Source of the DNA: the human T2T-CHM13v2.0 reference genome, Homo sapiens
Strand: one strand, 5' to 3'
DNA length: 64,000 bases
NCBI RefSeq assembly: GCF_009914755.1
Contig: NC_060927.1
In this document: positions 29,096 to 41,235 of the stretch, in pieces
Layout of the letters: every line of letters begins with the position of its first letter
How positions within the stretch are numbered: the stretch's first letter is position 1
The notes under the pieces: generated by a model
What the model was told of the DNA's origin: nothing
Databases searched by the model: none
What the model saw: the letters and a program-made list of their open reading frames with translations, nothing else
Made by a program: the position numbers and the translations under genes

Positions 29096-29664
29096 GAATA
29101 TTCTTCCACCTTCAGTGATGTCTTCTCCAGTCTCATTTAAAAGACAAATAATTGAAGCCAAACTCCCCTGCTTTTCTTCCTCTTGAATATGCTATATTTT
29201 TTTCTGGAAAAGGTGGAATTTGAGAAAGTAAAGACAAATCATATAAAACTTTCTAAGGCTTCCTGAAAAAGAAATAAACAGTAAAAGAAAAGTGATACTT
29301 TTCTTCCTTTGTATAGAAAAGTTGAGAGAGGAAAAATATAAAACGATTAAAGAGAAGATAAGTAAATCTAATTACAGTGACTTCCAAGAAGCTGGCAATT
29401 GAAACTTCTGTTTATGAAGGAACTGGAACAAGAGGAGCAATAAGCATAATGGGATTGTGAGTTTTGATGAAAAAATGATGTAAGGAGAAAGAACCAATGT
29501 TTCTTTCTTTTTCTTTTCTTTTTTTTTTGGCGTGGTTTTAAATTTGATTTAACACTGTGTCATAGTTGCTGTTTCTTAGAAGAATGTCTTTCTGGAATTT
29601 GCTTATCTTTGCTTTGTGTTAATAATGCCTCACCAAGAGGTTATATGGCACACTAGTGTGGGGT

Positions 29665-29905
29665 GGGGGATTTGGAGTCTGATCTACGTGGACCCCGACT
29701 GGTTCTGACACTCACTAGCTATGTGATCCCTGAGAAGTTACTTAACACCTCTGGAACCTACCTTCTTCATCCATTAAATGGGGATAATATCAGTGCTTAT
29801 CTCATGGGGTTATTATGATGTATCAGTGAGATAATGCAGGAACACCTTGGCACATTGCCTGACACATAGTAGGCACTTAATAAGTATTAGTTGTCATCAT
29901 TACTA
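29665..29905 (+). mobile_element. MIR
   Basis: tttggagtctga..cactagctatgtga..aaatggggataatatcagtgcttatctcatgggg..cctgacacatagtaggcacttaataa. Confidence 0.85.
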
Positions 29906-30342
29906 TTGGTGATCCATGGTTATCTTTCAATATTTTAATCTAGGAGCTTTGGTTTGCAGATGACTGTATGGATGTATTGTTTTAATAATGCTGCAAAGTC
30001 TTTCAGAACAGGATCCATGGCTTATGCCCCAGGGAATATACCAGTTAAATTACCTTTCCCTGAATCTGGAATCCTTCACCTCTCTCCTTTATTTACTCTG
30101 AATGCCTAAGAGAATCTTCTTTTTCTGGCTTACTTATTGCATACTAATAGGAGAATATAAACAGAGAAACCTAGATTACTCTAAGTGGTGTGGGTGATTC
30201 ATCTGAAGATTCACATGCATGTTCACATGGGAATACTTATGGATAGAACATATTGTCATTATCTAATCCAGTAAAAGATTAAGGACAATGCTTCACTCAA
30301 AATAATCATGGGATACAGTTGGAAATCACCTCAGAAATCACT

Positions 30343-30520
30343 CAGTCTACTGTTTCCAAACCTGTCTCAACGTAAGAGTCACCTGGAAAGCTTTCAACCA
30401 ATACAGATTTCTAGGCTGATCCAAATTTACTGAATGTGATTTTCAAGAACCAGGCAACATGAAGTTCTACACCTCTCCCTGGGTGATTCTAATAATTAGT
30501 CAGGGTTGGGAATTGCTAGT
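30343..30520. mobile_element. MER5B-like hAT fossil
   Basis: taagagtcacctggaaagc..ccctgggtgattctaat..gggttgggaattgct. Confidence 0.65.
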
Positions 30521-30526
30521 TTAAAA

Positions 30527-30712
30527 CAGTTGGCAAATGGTGTCATCCCACTTCCAACACTATGGATTAAGGGTAGCCCCCGGTGTGTTGGAATGAGAAG
30601 CATTCTATCAGGTTTCTGGGTTCAATGAGAAAGTGTACTGTAATCTGTTATTAATGTTTCATATGGTCTTTGTTAGGAGGATGATGGTACCTGTGTCCTG
30701 TACTTACCAGTA
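30527..30712 (-). mobile_element. MER117-like hAT fossil
   Basis: tggcaaatggtgtcatccc..tgagaagcattct..gaaagtgtactgtaatc matches remembered MER117 layout. Confidence 0.55.
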
Positions 30713-30784
30713 CAGATCTAGTTCAATACCCACAGTTTCAAGATGTAGGAAGAGAATCAGAGGGGGAAAAACCTGACTTACTCT

Positions 30785-31260
30785 CTTAGTTGGCTTTAGC
30801 AACTTAACAAACTATTCCAACATTATTGGGTTAAAACAACCACCTTCTATTTACCTATAATTTTATGGGTTGTCTGGGTAAATTTTGTGACCTCGGTTGG
30901 CTTGACTTGGGCTGTGTCATCTAGAATAGCTTCATTCACATTCTTGGCAGTTGGAAGAATGGATGGTCCATTGGGCATCATTCACTCAGTCTGGCTATAG
31001 GTTTAAATTCAGCATCATCCAGCAGGCTAGTCTGAATTGCTCATACATGGCAGAATGGGTCTCAGCAGCCAGAGGGAGCAGAGTCCAATGGGCAAGCACT
31101 TTTCAAGCCTCTATTTGCATTGTTTTGCTAATGTTCCATTGATTGAACCATGACATGATGCTTAGGAGAAATAGATTTACACCTCTTGATGTGATAACAT
31201 CACATTACAAATGAGTATGGAAACAGAAATGAGAGGACTTTATGATCATTTTGCCATGTA
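30785..31260 (-). mobile_element. Old MLT1 (G/H-like) LTR
   Basis: aacaaactattccaac..ttaaaacaacc..gcaagcacttttcaagcctct..gaaatagatttacacctcttgatg. Confidence 0.65.
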
Positions 31261-32004
31261 TAGCACTTGTCCAAAATCACACATTTTGTTTGTAGAAGAC
31301 CTAGGACTAGAAATCCATTGCTTACTTCTCAATTCAAAGTAGAAACAGAAACCAAAGGAAGTGTCATGCACATATAGCCTGTGGTGGACATTTGGATCTC
31401 AAAAGTAGGACAGGCTTCGCAGAGCTGGGGCTAGACAGCAGCCAATCAGATTGTAGGATGTAGGACTTGTCATTCCCAGTGACAATTTCAAGGAAGATCT
31501 TCAATGGGTCATAACAGACTCAGGATAATTTAAACCGAGGTCATATCTAAGGAGGTTAAGCCTGGTGAGTAGCGTATGACAATAGTAGAATTTCAGGCTG
31601 TGACTTCTTGGAGCCATAGGGTGACAGCATCAAGATTCCAGGTGGTCCCAAATCCTGCCAGTAACTGGGTGTTTAGAATGGTGTCAGCCTGGAAAATAAG
31701 ACAGAGACTATTGAGGTCTATGTAGGTTACTGAGTTGAGGGTAAGTTCCTCCCAGTTACTTTCAAGGGAGGTGCTTCCTATAGACTATGATGGGAACTGC
31801 ATATTCTGGAATGCTGATGTGCAACACAATGGCTCTGGTTTCCTCTTCCAACAAGGGAATTGTAGTGCAATCAAAAACATAGAACATTGTCCCAGTCAGA
31901 GGAATTGAATGAAATCTCTCACAACAACGAAAATAGCCCACAGCCCATTTTCTTCAAGTAGTTTGAATGTAACACAGTATGCACTGGTTTGGAAGCTAAT
32001 ACAA

Positions 32005-32225
32005 ATGATAAGAGCTGCCATTCATCAAGCACATACTATGTGCTAGACACCATCCCTAGCACTCACCTCTAAGATTTATAGAAGATTGATTTTTTGTTGT
32101 TGTTTAAACACATTTTCTAGATGAGAGGAGTAAGGCTCAGAGAAGATAATGCAACTAGCTAGTTCATGAAGGCAGTTGGCTGCCAACTCAAGTCTGTCTG
32201 ATGCCAAATCCTGAGCTCTTTCTTC
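32005..32225 (-). mobile_element. MIR
   Basis: agcacatactatgtgctagacacc..agatgagaggagtaaggctcagaga..gtctgtctgatgccaaa. Confidence 0.75.
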
Positions 32226-33989
32226 CAGGGCGTCTTTCTTAACTTCGAATGTACTTTCATGTGACTCTATGCCTGAATTTGACCATCACCCATGACCATT
32301 AATAACCCTCTCTGTAAGGTAAAGTCAACCATTTTCTCTTCAAACATAGACACCTAAGTAGCTTGCAAATATATTACTTTGGCTTTCATTTAGGAGAGTA
32401 GATGCACAATATTTTATTAAAATCATGAGTTTTAGAAAAAAGTTAAAAGAAAAAGCTAAATAACATTTTTGCCCAGTTACTTGGAAATCAGGCAATTATC
32501 ACATGATTACTCAGGCTGGTAATGAAATTAAGATAAAGTTTCATGAAAATAGCATATGCAATTTAACAGCCACAACAGAATTTGTGTAAATAAGAGCAGA
32601 TGTGTCTGAATCTCTTGGATTTATAAATACAGAAACATTGTTCCTTTGGGGGTAAAAAATCATTCTTTACTCTGGATGTGGGAAGAGTATGACTCAGGGC
32701 CCTGGTGGTGACAGAGAAGGTGGGGATTCATAGCTAGGAGGCCCCTGCATTCCTGTAGCTTCCAACGCAGATGCTCTCACCTGGGAGAATCTGTATCTTT
32801 CCAACAGCAATTATATACACTGGGGAGCTGAGACGAAATGGTGAAATATGTATCGGGCTCAGCATAGGGATTTTTAAATCTGGATAACACTGGTTTTTCT
32901 CTCCTAAGAAAAGAAGCAAATTCATACTAACCACGGTTTGGGTTCAAAATACAAGCAAGTTTGCAGCTCCCAACTCTATATCAAAGGTAGGTTTATAAAG
33001 GGCAAACAATTTGTCTAAAACTATCCTTTGCCCTTTGCCCCCTTGAACTTGTCTCCTTAGAAAAGAGTGGGCAGCTGAGCCATTATCCTTCTTCTCTGAA
33101 AAGGTCTAAGGAGGAAGAAAGGCAGAGAGAGAGCGCGCGCGAGAGAGAGCGAGCCTTGAGTTTTTACTGTAAAGACCTTCTTTCTTGGAGGCACCAGGAA
33201 GAATCTGTTTCTGATCAGAAAGGCCAAAGTTGTAACAACCTGTAGTGGTTAAGAGCACAAGCTCAGAACAGCCTTGAATGCATTACCTGACAGCTCTATG
33301 GCTTCTTTTCTCAGCTATAAGATGGCACTTTGTGTATGTGATGCACAATGCATGCTGGAGAAAGATGAGCCATTAGTATGTAGGTGAACTGGGGGAAAAA
33401 AACTGCTAAAGGTGGAAGTCCTGATCACAGAACCTTCCTGTGCAGGTGCTCTGTCCTCACTGTCTGGAGCCTCCTCCAACTCCCTCTTCAACAGGAGCTT
33501 GGCAGAAGACCGGAGAAGCTGAGTCATCCTCAAGGAGGAGTTTTTTTCACTGCATCCACTATAAGCAGTTCTCTAGTGGAAAAAAACAGGGCTTTAGCAT
33601 AAGTCCTGAGTACGGGAGTGGGAGAATGGGCACTTGGGTGACTGGTGCTGCTTTCTTTTTGTCCCCCACACCTAAATAAACAAGTCATTTTCCCTCCATT
33701 GTGCCTGAAGTTAAGGGGCACTAAGTCAGTGGCAGCTTGGACTTGGGCTACAGAAAACTAACATAGGTGTCTGCTATTTTGCCTCTGTCTTGCCCAAGAA
33801 CCATTCTTCAAGAGCCAGGCTTTCCATCTGGGCCTTTCCTCAACCCTACAGAGAAACAGTTCAGAAGAGAACACACTTTGGGGAGAATACAAAGTCTAAG
33901 ATCTCTGTAGATCATAAAGAAGAGACAAATGAGGCTGTTAGAGCTGGTTCCTTCTCATTTTGCCATTAACAGTGAAAGCCCCAGAGCTC

Positions 33990-35412
33990 AAGTCCTGCTC
34001 CTCACATTTAAATCTCTTGTCTGGCCCACTGCCCTAAAATTCAGACTCCTACACAACTGCATCTTTGAAACCTACACTTGGTTGACTAATAAGAATTTTA
34101 AATTTAATATATCTGAAAACTCTTAACTTCCCATCCCGGGTATATTAGTTTGTTCTCATGCTGCTAATAAAGATATACCTGAGACTGGATAATTTATATA
34201 GGAAAGAGGTTTAACAGACTCACAGTTTCACATGGCTGGGGAGGCCTCACAATCATGGTGGAAGGCAATTGTGGAGCAAAGGCACATCTTATATGGCGGC
34301 AGGCAAGAGAGCTTGTGCAGGGGAACTGCCCTTTATAAAACCTTCAGATCTTGTGAGACTTATTCACTATCATGAGAACAGCATGGGGAAGACCTTCCCC
34401 ATGATTCAATTACCTCCCACTGGTTCCCTCCCATGACACATGGGAATTATGGGCACTACAATTCAAGATGAGATTTGGGTGGGGACACAGCCAAACCATA
34501 TTACCTGGCTCATGCAAATCTGCCCCTCTCATAGTACTTATATGTGTTGCTCCCTCCTTCTAGTTGCTCCAGCCAAAAACTTGGAGTCACCCTCAACTCT
34601 TCCCTTTCTTTTACTCCTCCCAACTAATCATGTCTTGTTGGTTCTACCTTCAAAATTTTTTCATAATTCTCACTAGCTCCACTATTACCACTGTGGGATA
34701 AGCCAACATTATCTCTCACTCGGATTCTGCAGTAGCTCTCCACCTGGTTCTCCCTTTTTCTATCCCACATCCCCCCATCTATTCTCAACCCAGCAACCAG
34801 AATGACAGAATGATCTTTTAACACATACTTCAGACCATACCACTTCTCTTTTCTAGCTTTCCCATCTCACTTGGACTAGGAGCCATTGCCTTCACCATTG
34901 CCTGCAAATCCCTCACAATCTGCACCTGCCATACATTTCTGGCCTCTTCTATTACTCTCTTCTGCTAATATTCCTCAGCCACGTTGATCTCTTTGTTCTT
35001 CCTGGGTCATAACATCAGAGCTTTGCTTCTGGTCCAGGGCCTTTGCACTTACTGTAGGCTATGCCTGGAACACCTTGATCTCTTAACTTTTTCAGGTCTT
35101 TTCTTAAATGTCACTTTCTCAGACAATTCTTCTTAAATCTCCATATTTTAAATTGTACCCCCCTTCAGCAACCCTTATCTTCTTTCCCTGCTTTTTAACC
35201 GTAACACTTCCTATCCACCATCTGTGTTTTAATAGAATTTATTTTCTTATTTATTATAGCATCTCTCCCTGTCCATTGAGATTTAAGCTGAGTGAGGGTA
35301 GGGCATTTTGTCTTTTTGTTTGTTTCTTTATGTTTATGCTGTATTCTTGGCACCTAGAACAGTGCTTGGCACATGGTAGGCATAATAGACATGTAGCAAT
35401 TATTTGTTAAAT
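33990..35412 (+). mobile_element. L2 interrupted by a THE1 LTR
   Basis: tagttgctccagccaaaaacttggagtcacc, ccagggcctttgcacttactg, cacctagaacagtgcttggcacatggtagg. Confidence 0.8.
34141..34503 (-). mobile_element. THE1C-like solo LTR
   Basis: tatattagtttgttctcatgctgctaataaaga...gggtggggacacagccaaaccatatta. TSD ccggg/cctgg (4 of 5). Confidence 0.92.
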
Positions 35413-35789
35413 AAATTTTTAAAATTCTATAAAAGATTTAATTTTTAAAATTCTATAAAGACACTGTCAGTGTTACTGGTGAAAATTTATTAATTTCTAA
35501 TTCCTAATATATTGCTAGTATGTTTTTCTAATGATATATCTCTATCTGTGATTGTGTAGGTACTAAAACATTCCAAAAGGTTATATTTGTAGGGTGGTTG
35601 CCCTTAAACGAGAAACTACGTGCATCATGAATTTGGAGTCGCGCACATCTAGCCATCAAATTATGGCTCAACTATGTTGATCTTGGGCATTTTACTGTTT
35701 CTAATTTTACCTCGATAAAAGTAAAAAATATAGATGTAAGTGTGAATATATGTGTATACACATATATTCTATATCATATGTCAGGAGAA

Positions 35790-35925
35790 GTATTTTGTTG
35801 AGTCTTTCATACAGAGGAAGACACTGAGGCTCAGAGACTTCAAATCACTTGCTCTGTGTGTCACTCTTGGTGGATAGGAGAGCTAAGATTAGAATTCAGA
35901 TTAAATTTACTCCAACATTGACACC
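35790..35925 (-). mobile_element. MIR fragment
   Basis: acagaggaagacactgaggctcagaga..agctaagattagaattcag. Confidence 0.6.
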
Positions 35926-36644
35926 TTGTTCTTCTGAGCACATTGCCAAGTGTCCTAGGGAATAGAACCTTTTTAAAGCCACTAATCAGCTGTGGGATCT
36001 TTGAGCAATACTTTGCCCTTCCGGGTTTCTGTTTCCTTGACTATATAATCAAGGTGTCCTTTATCCCAACTAAGGATGTCTCCTCTCTTGGAGCAATATT
36101 GTACGTGACAGTTTGTTTATTTTACTCAAAAGCATTAAGAAGGAACAGAGACTTGCCAAAAGGTATTTGCTATACCTTTATTCCCTATCAAATCCAGTGC
36201 TCAGCAATATCTAGAAATTTTCTAAAGCTGTTTTTTTCTAAATTCTTCATGTTCTCAGTTGGTCTTGGGCACTAGGGCAGGCAGAGTGGTCTCAATGTGG
36301 GGAGTGGGAAACGTAGGGTTGCCTTTCACTCTGCAGTTGTGACTGCGAACAAGACCAGGTAAATGCAGAGGAGCTATCCCAACTCCCTTTCAGGTTCCTT
36401 CAGGGCGGAAATTGTGGGCCTGCATGCACTGAAACCACAATTTTTACTATCTTTTACAACCTTGAGGGATGACTATGTGACTTTGACTTTCCTCTGTAAA
36501 GTCATAAAAACTGAGCAAGTGGATTTTCTAAACCAAGAAGGACTTTAAGCAGGGAATTTGTAATAGCAACGTGTGTATCCTTTTGTAGGTATTTGACCTA
36601 ACTTCAAGTAAAGGGTATGTAAATTTTATTATGGCTTACTTAAA

Positions 36645-37255
36645 TATAACAGCTTATAGGGTCTGTTTATCCCATGACGTCTCAAGAGGAACTGTGAACA
36701 GAGACTCCTGGGAACTTTGAGTGGAAATTTCCCAAGGATATTACAAGGCAAAGCCTAAAATTAACATTATGTGCTCTCTTGACATCTGGTAAAATCAGGA
36801 AGGCCTCAAATGGCCTCAATGCAAGTTATACTCCGCACTCTTCTCTTGCAGGTAAAGTCCCTTGGCCAAACAATCCTTCTTGTTAAATGGACCAAATGCA
36901 GTTCCTGCTTATCACTGAGTATCAGGTTTCAGTTCCTTGCAGTGCATGGAAATATTCAAACAAGCTAACCACACCCTCCCACCCTCCCACAGGAACCAAG
37001 GGTCACCCCACCCTCTTGAAACTACAAAGCCTGCCTTCCACAGCCCCTAGTTGTTCACTCTGTTCTCAAGTGTAGCCCATGTGGCCCTGTGTGGCCTATG
37101 GTGTCCCCCTCCCCTGGGCTGTGAGTATATACCACTAGTAAACTGCTGTCAATCTCACCTGTCCAGTGTCAAGCGACGTCTGTTTGACCATCCCCATAAC
37201 CCTAAGATGGGAATCCCTCCCTCAGTAACAAAGTGAAGAGAAGGCAATCAAAGTA
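36645..37255 (+). mobile_element. ERVL-type solo LTR (MER73/MER74/MER54 group); boundaries uncertain
   Basis: ttgacatctggtaaaatcaggaaggcctcaaatggcc..gcagttcctgcttatc..tactacaaagcctgcc-like..gggaatccctccctca. Confidence 0.6.
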
Positions 37256-37741
37256 GGTACATTCCATAATACTGGCTTACTAAATATACCCTTTCGGCAC
37301 AGGGTAGTATGTTCAAGCTTGACATAAGGGTGACTCTGTGCTTCGTTAAGAAACAAATCTCTCTGGCCTCAAACTTGTAACTTCTCAAACTGTATTTCAG
37401 TACTGTAAACATCCAGACTTCGTGTCATTTAATGACTGCCTAGCTTTAATTATTTCAGAAATAAAAGTAGCAGGACTAAAGGTTTTACTCAATAGCTTTG
37501 ACAAGCACATACTAAACACTAAGAGTCAGGAATCAATTGTGTAAAGTTAATTGATTCTCATTTGGCTGTAACACATTTTAGTTCAAATATTTTTGTCCAG
37601 GTTATAACTTCAGTTACTGTGACCAGTACACAAGTCATTGTTCTAGATGGTAAGTTAGGCCCAATTAAATCAATAAAAAATACAGAAATTTGAGCAAGAT
37701 CTCCACTGACTTGCTTAAATTTCTTCTCTGAAAGTCTTACA

Positions 37742-38050
37742 GGCAGAGAATGGTGGCTCATGCATTGTAATCCCAGCACTTTGGGAGGCTGAGGTAGGTG
37801 GATTGCTTGATCCCAGGAGTTCAAGACCAGCCTGCGCAACGAGGCAAAACCCTGCCTCTACAAAAAATACAAAAATAAGCCAGGCATGGTGGCACATGCC
37901 TGTAGTTCCAGCACTCAGGAGGCTGAGGTGGGAGGATCACCTGAGCCCAGGGAGGTTGAGCCCAGTGAGTTGAGATTGCACCACCGCACTCCAGCCTGAG
38001 TGGTAGAGTGAGACGCTGCCTCAAACACAAACCAAAACGAAATGAAAAAA
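37742..38050 (+). mobile_element. AluJ with TSD
   Basis: Full dimer. TSD gaaagtcttaca (37730-37741) / gaaaatcttaca (38051-38062). Confidence 0.93.
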
Positions 38051-38169
38051 GAAAATCTTACAAAAACTATAGACAGTGTGCCTTGATAGTACAGACAAGC
38101 CAAGACCTCTTCTGAAACTCTTACTTCATCATCAGAAAATGATCAAAGTTTTGGTTGTCATAGTGCAGC

Positions 38170-38715
38170 TATATTAGTAATACACTCCTGTGTATCAAAT
38201 TACCCTCAAACTTAACAGCCTGAGCCAACAAATATTTATGATCTCATAGTTCCTGTAGGTCAGGAAACTGGGTGTGCTTTTGCATGGTGCCCCTAGCTAA
38301 GAATACTTCACAGGCTGCCTCCAAGCTGTTAGCCTGGGCTTCAGTCATCTTGAGACTGTCCTGATGCTGACAGCATTCACTTTCAAGCTCACTTGAATGG
38401 TGGTTGACAGGCTTTAGTCTCTCCAGGCTGTTAGTCTGAGAGCCTTGGTTTTTCACCATGTCACATGGTCCTCTCCATAGGGCAGCTCATAACAAAGCAG
38501 CTAGCTTTTCCCAGCCTGGGAGAGTGATCAAGAGTGAGTACACAGTCTTCTTGTAGCCTAATCCCAGAAGTGACATTGCATCACTTTGCCGTATTCTATT
38601 CCTTAGAAGCAGGTCACTCAGTTTAACCCACAGTCAAGGTGAGAAGATCATACAAGAGGGTGAACACCGGGAGATGGAGACACTGTTGGGGTCATTTTGG
38701 AAGCTATAGCAAACA
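38170..38715 (-). mobile_element. MLT1F-like LTR
   Basis: aaattaccctcaaacttaacagc..ctctccatagggcagctcataac..cagaagtgacattgcatcactttgccgtattctatt. Confidence 0.75.
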
Positions 38716-38729
38716 TGCATACATTCTGG

Positions 38730-39105
38730 TACAAGTGATGGCATCCTATCTCGGGAACCTGCAACTGCCCGAGGGCTTTCTCTGGCCACAGGAGTGTGCC
38801 AGGCTCATGCATAGGACAGACTGCAAGTGCTGGACAGTGAATGCCACACCTCCAGGAACAGGTCTCAAGCAAGGAAGGATGGGAGGAGATGAATCTCTAG
38901 GGTCTGCACTGCTCCTCAGTGTTCCTGGGGGCATCTAACTCCACCTGCCCACAGTGGTCACTTGTGCACAAAAGCACCATTTATTAGCTTTCTGCCTGCC
39001 ATATTTTACTTACTCTCTCTTTTTATTTGGTGCTGCCTGAAATTGCCTCTCCAGCTACTTAATTCTAATCCTTGTCTCATGAACTGCTTATGAGGAAACT
39101 AAGAA
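38730..39105 (+). mobile_element. LTR16-family (ERVL) LTR
   Basis: ctgcccgagggctttctctggccacaggag..aatccttgtctca..gaggaaactaaga. Confidence 0.6.
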
Positions 39106-39970
39106 ATTAAACATTAAACATTACTTACACATGACAGCAATATTAGAAGAAATTTCCTAACTCTAAGGAATTGCATAGCTGTATAAGTTGTTCTTTCTCT
39201 CACTGAACAATTATTTATTGAGCAAGTGCTATATGTATATATACTACTATGCACTGGACACCAAACGTTTTACAAAGCCAATTTCTGCACTTCATGGACT
39301 GCTTTAAAATGAGGAAAGAATGGGAATTTTTATTCATTGTTACTTCTTGTGTTGGTTGTAGGCTTGAGAGAAAACTCTGTAGGCTGAAAATATCATATTT
39401 GCTATTACTTCTAATTTTGCAGTGTAGCTAGCTGATACACTGTGTGTATGTGTGTGTGTGTCTTTATGCCACCTCACACACATCATACAGGCTCTTTGTG
39501 AATGGACGATGTTGGATTTCTCACACTTGCTTAACTCAAAATGGCAGAATTTTCTTCAGCTGTTTTAAAAGCACCCAGCCTTGACCTGAGATGGAGAGGT
39601 AGACATTCCAATTCCAAGAGGGTGGTTGCTTGCTAAAAGTGGCAGAGCCTCAGCAATTGTGAAATTGCTTTTTCACCTGTACTTGGTGTCACTACAAATG
39701 ATTCCATGTGTGGAGACTCAGATTCACTCAGAACCATTCTACCTCCTTTACAAAGCACTCCAAATATGGGAAAAGGAAGAAAAAAAGGGAGAAAACTACT
39801 CATGGCTCTTGCTGAGAAACGTGATGGCCAACTGTTGTAGGAAAAGTATAAATTTTGGAGTCAGACAGGTTTAGATGAGAAACACAATGGACCACATTCA
39901 CACTTCCATGGCTTTAGTAATTCACTTAAATTTGCCAAGCCTCTGTTTCCTCATCTGTAAAATGGTGATA

Positions 39971-40125
39971 CAGGTTGAGCATGCTCATTGGAGCATTTCA
40001 AATTTCAGATTTTTGGATTAGAGATGCTCAACCGGTAAGTATAATGCAAGTATTCCAAAATATGGAAAAATCTGAGCTCTGAAACATTTCTGGTCCCAAG
40101 TATTTCATAAGACATACTCAGCCTG
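39971..40125 (+). mobile_element. Tigger4 (Zombi/MER46)-type miniature element inserted in a MIR (~39830-40180)
   Basis: TIRs caggttgagcat / atactcagcctg with TA on both sides. The MIR reads tgtaaaatggtgata|ataatacctac across it. Confidence 0.87.
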
Positions 40126-40504
40126 TAATAATACCTACTCTTTTCAGGGTTGAGAATTAAATAAAGAATGTGCACAGAGATGTAGGCTGTAACCTTTCTT
40201 TCCACAGGGGAACTGTCTCTTCAGACTTTTATACATTTAGAAGTGAGTTTAACTGAACTGTGAAATGCCATCCTGTATGTGGCCAGCCATATTATAGCAG
40301 CGGCCTTGAAAATAATTTAAAATAGTCTAAAGATGACTTACTTGACTCAGTGTATTACAAATGAATTCAGAACGGAGAGTGGCTTTTAGAAAAAGGAGAC
40401 ACTTCCTGTCATCTTTAAAGTTTTCTGATTTCTACATGATGAATCACTTACCCGTCTTACACTCTACATCTCAAGCCGGTTTTGACTACTGGGGACTTGA
40501 GTGA

Positions 40505-40960
40505 ACATCTGCTAACTTTGCGTTTCTGTCCCCCACTTCTCCTGGTAGTGGCATCCTAATTTTGTTTTGGGGATGCATTTCTCTCCTACTCTCAGACCAT
40601 AGAGTTCAAGTGGAGTTTGTTCTATCCCACTGTGAGATTATCCAGGCCTGGTCAGTAAGAGCCACAACGATTAGTAGAGGATGGTTAGGTAAGACTTTTA
40701 GCCCAGGATGTGATAGGCCTCTGGATTTTACTGAAACTGTTAGAAAATGACGATTCTCTTTCCAAGGATAAATGTGAGCTGCTAATTGAGTACTCAGATT
40801 TTTGATGATATAGATTGAGCTTCTGAGTCCAGCTGTCATTGAACCTGGTAATTTTCTAGACCTGTAAATCAATGTCACCAAATTCTATTTTATTATTTTT
40901 ATTTTTTGCTTAATTCTGTTTATGCTGGATTCTCTTGTTTACAGCAAAGAGATTATTGTC
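40505..40960 (+). mobile_element. Old MLT1 (J/K/L-like) LTR
   Basis: ccaggcctggtcagtaagagc..tgagcttctgagtccagctgt..tttttgcttaa.. Confidence 0.5.
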
Positions 40961-40984
40961 ATATACCTGGATGATCACAAGGAC

Positions 40985-41235
40985 AATACATAACACTTGT
41001 TGAGCACTCATAATGTGCCAGATGTTGTTCTAAGCGCTTAACAAGCTATGTATCGCATTTAATCTTAAAAAAGCCTATGAACTAAGAACTAATGTTAGTC
41101 CCACTTTATAAGTGAGAGAAATCATGTGAGATGTTTTGAAGAAAACTCTGTCTACACAGCTAGTAAATGGTAGACCCAGGACTTGAACCCAAGTCTGTCT
41201 GATTTTAGTATTTGTGTTCTTAACCTCTACATTAT
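40985..41235 (-). mobile_element. MIR
   Basis: ttgagcactcataatgtgccag..cacagctagtaaatggtagacccaggacttgaacccaagtctgtctga. Confidence 0.85.

Noticed and set aside
36841-36857. Recursive splice site ttctcttgcag|gtaaag
   Set aside because: Weak donor, lies in an LTR, and no evidence of a host intron.
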